Assembly: GCA_964621075.1 (NCBI GenBank)
Contig: CAZUKV010000002.1
Location: 1 to 58,287, forward strand
Direction: 5' to 3'
Length of the DNA: 58,287 bases
Origin: an uncultured bacterium
GTDB taxonomy: Bacteria > Macinerneyibacteriota > Macinerneyibacteria > Macinerneyibacteriales > Macinerneyibacteriaceae
The position numbers were made by a program, and so were the translations under genes. Position 1 is the stretch's first letter; every line of letters begins with the position of its first letter. Positions 57,838 through 58,287 of this stretch are shown here, in pieces. Under the pieces are notes generated by a model, which did no database searches, had not been told where the DNA came from, and worked only from the letters and a program-made list of their open reading frames with translations.

Positions 57838-58287
57838 GTTTTGTAAGAAAAATAATTCTTTTTATAGGTATTTTATTTGTAATAGGGGTTTTTGTACAGA
57901 TATTTAGAGTCCTAAATTTTTCAGAATTTTTTCAGGTAAAACAGGAATACATTAAAGAGGATTATTCCCCTGTTTCATCAAAAAAAATAACAAAAAAATA
58001 TAGTAAAATATTGGTTATTAATTCATTATCTGATTCCGAGAATTCTGTTTTCAACAATTTGAAAAAAACATTTGACTATTCTAAGATAAATTATGATGTT
58101 ATCAATATTGAGGAAATTAATGAATTGAGAAATGAAATTAATAAAAAGAAGCCCTCAATGGTATTAATTGTTACGGAGAAAGTTGATAACTTTGATGAAA
58201 TAGGAATATTTAATAAATATCTAACAAAAGGTGGGAAAATAGCCTTTTTAATAAGAAATTCAAATAATATTTTTAATAAGATGGCAG
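57834..58287 (+). CDS. DUF2194-like (PelA deacetylase-type) membrane-anchored protein, truncated by window edge
   Basis: Not in ORF track. ATGA overlap with the previous stop; open frame to window end: MSFVRKIILFIGILFVIGVFVQI...NLKKTFDYSKINY...MVLIVTE...YLTKGGKIAFLIR. Confidence 0.6.
   Translation, partial: MSFVRKIILFIGILFVIGVFVQIFRVLNFSEFFQVKQEYIKEDYSPVSSKKITKKYSKILVINSLSDSENSVFNNLKKTFDYSKINYDVINIEEINELRNEINKKKPSMVLIVTEKVDNFDEIGIFNKYLTKGGKIAFLIRNSNNIFNKMA

Noticed and set aside
1-58287. CRISPR arrays, IS elements, prophage genes, selenocysteine/pyrrolysine read-through
   Set aside because: No regularly spaced repeats, transposase/integrase motifs or interrupted redox ORFs seen; Msr and ThiC use ordinary Cys.

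Overview
Very AT-rich (by eye under 30% GC), densely coded bacterial chromosomal segment from a diderm, LPS-producing organism. That it is an anaerobic, proteolytic, candidate-phylum-like lineage is inference only. Left arm (minus strand): tRNA-Gly, guaB, membrane-anchored M1 peptidase, hflX, methyltransferase, rnpA (frameshifted in an A10 tract, missed by the ORF track), yidD, yidC, jag, mnmE, mnmG (partial). Then an orphan hybrid kinase and a long envelope operon: lysS-lolE-lolD-clpC-bamA-skp-lpxD-lpxC-fabZ-lpxA-lpxB-(GnnA-like oxidoreductase)-waaA-lpxL-murJ. The middle holds serA, a FecR-domain protein, a multidomain thermolysin, an amidohydrolase, pepV, a TPP riboswitch with thiC-thiL, and a WbpB/WbpE-like aminosugar pair. 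Next is an L20-leader-type attenuator ahead of infC (ATC start)-rpmI-rplT-smpB-amidase-femAB-dusB-ecfA1-ecfA2 (no ecfT), a candidate HEPN protein, an aldo/keto reductase, a VirK-like lipoprotein and an MsrB-MsrA fusion with two plausible starts. The right end starts the most interesting system: a Pel-like exopolysaccharide locus with a putative outer-membrane barrel, a permuted GH114 hydrolase, a PelD-like c-di-GMP receptor (RxxD) and a DUF2194/PelA-deacetylase-like gene cut by the window edge. No CRISPR array, transposase or integrase was seen. All family calls come from motif recognition by eye; no searches were run.
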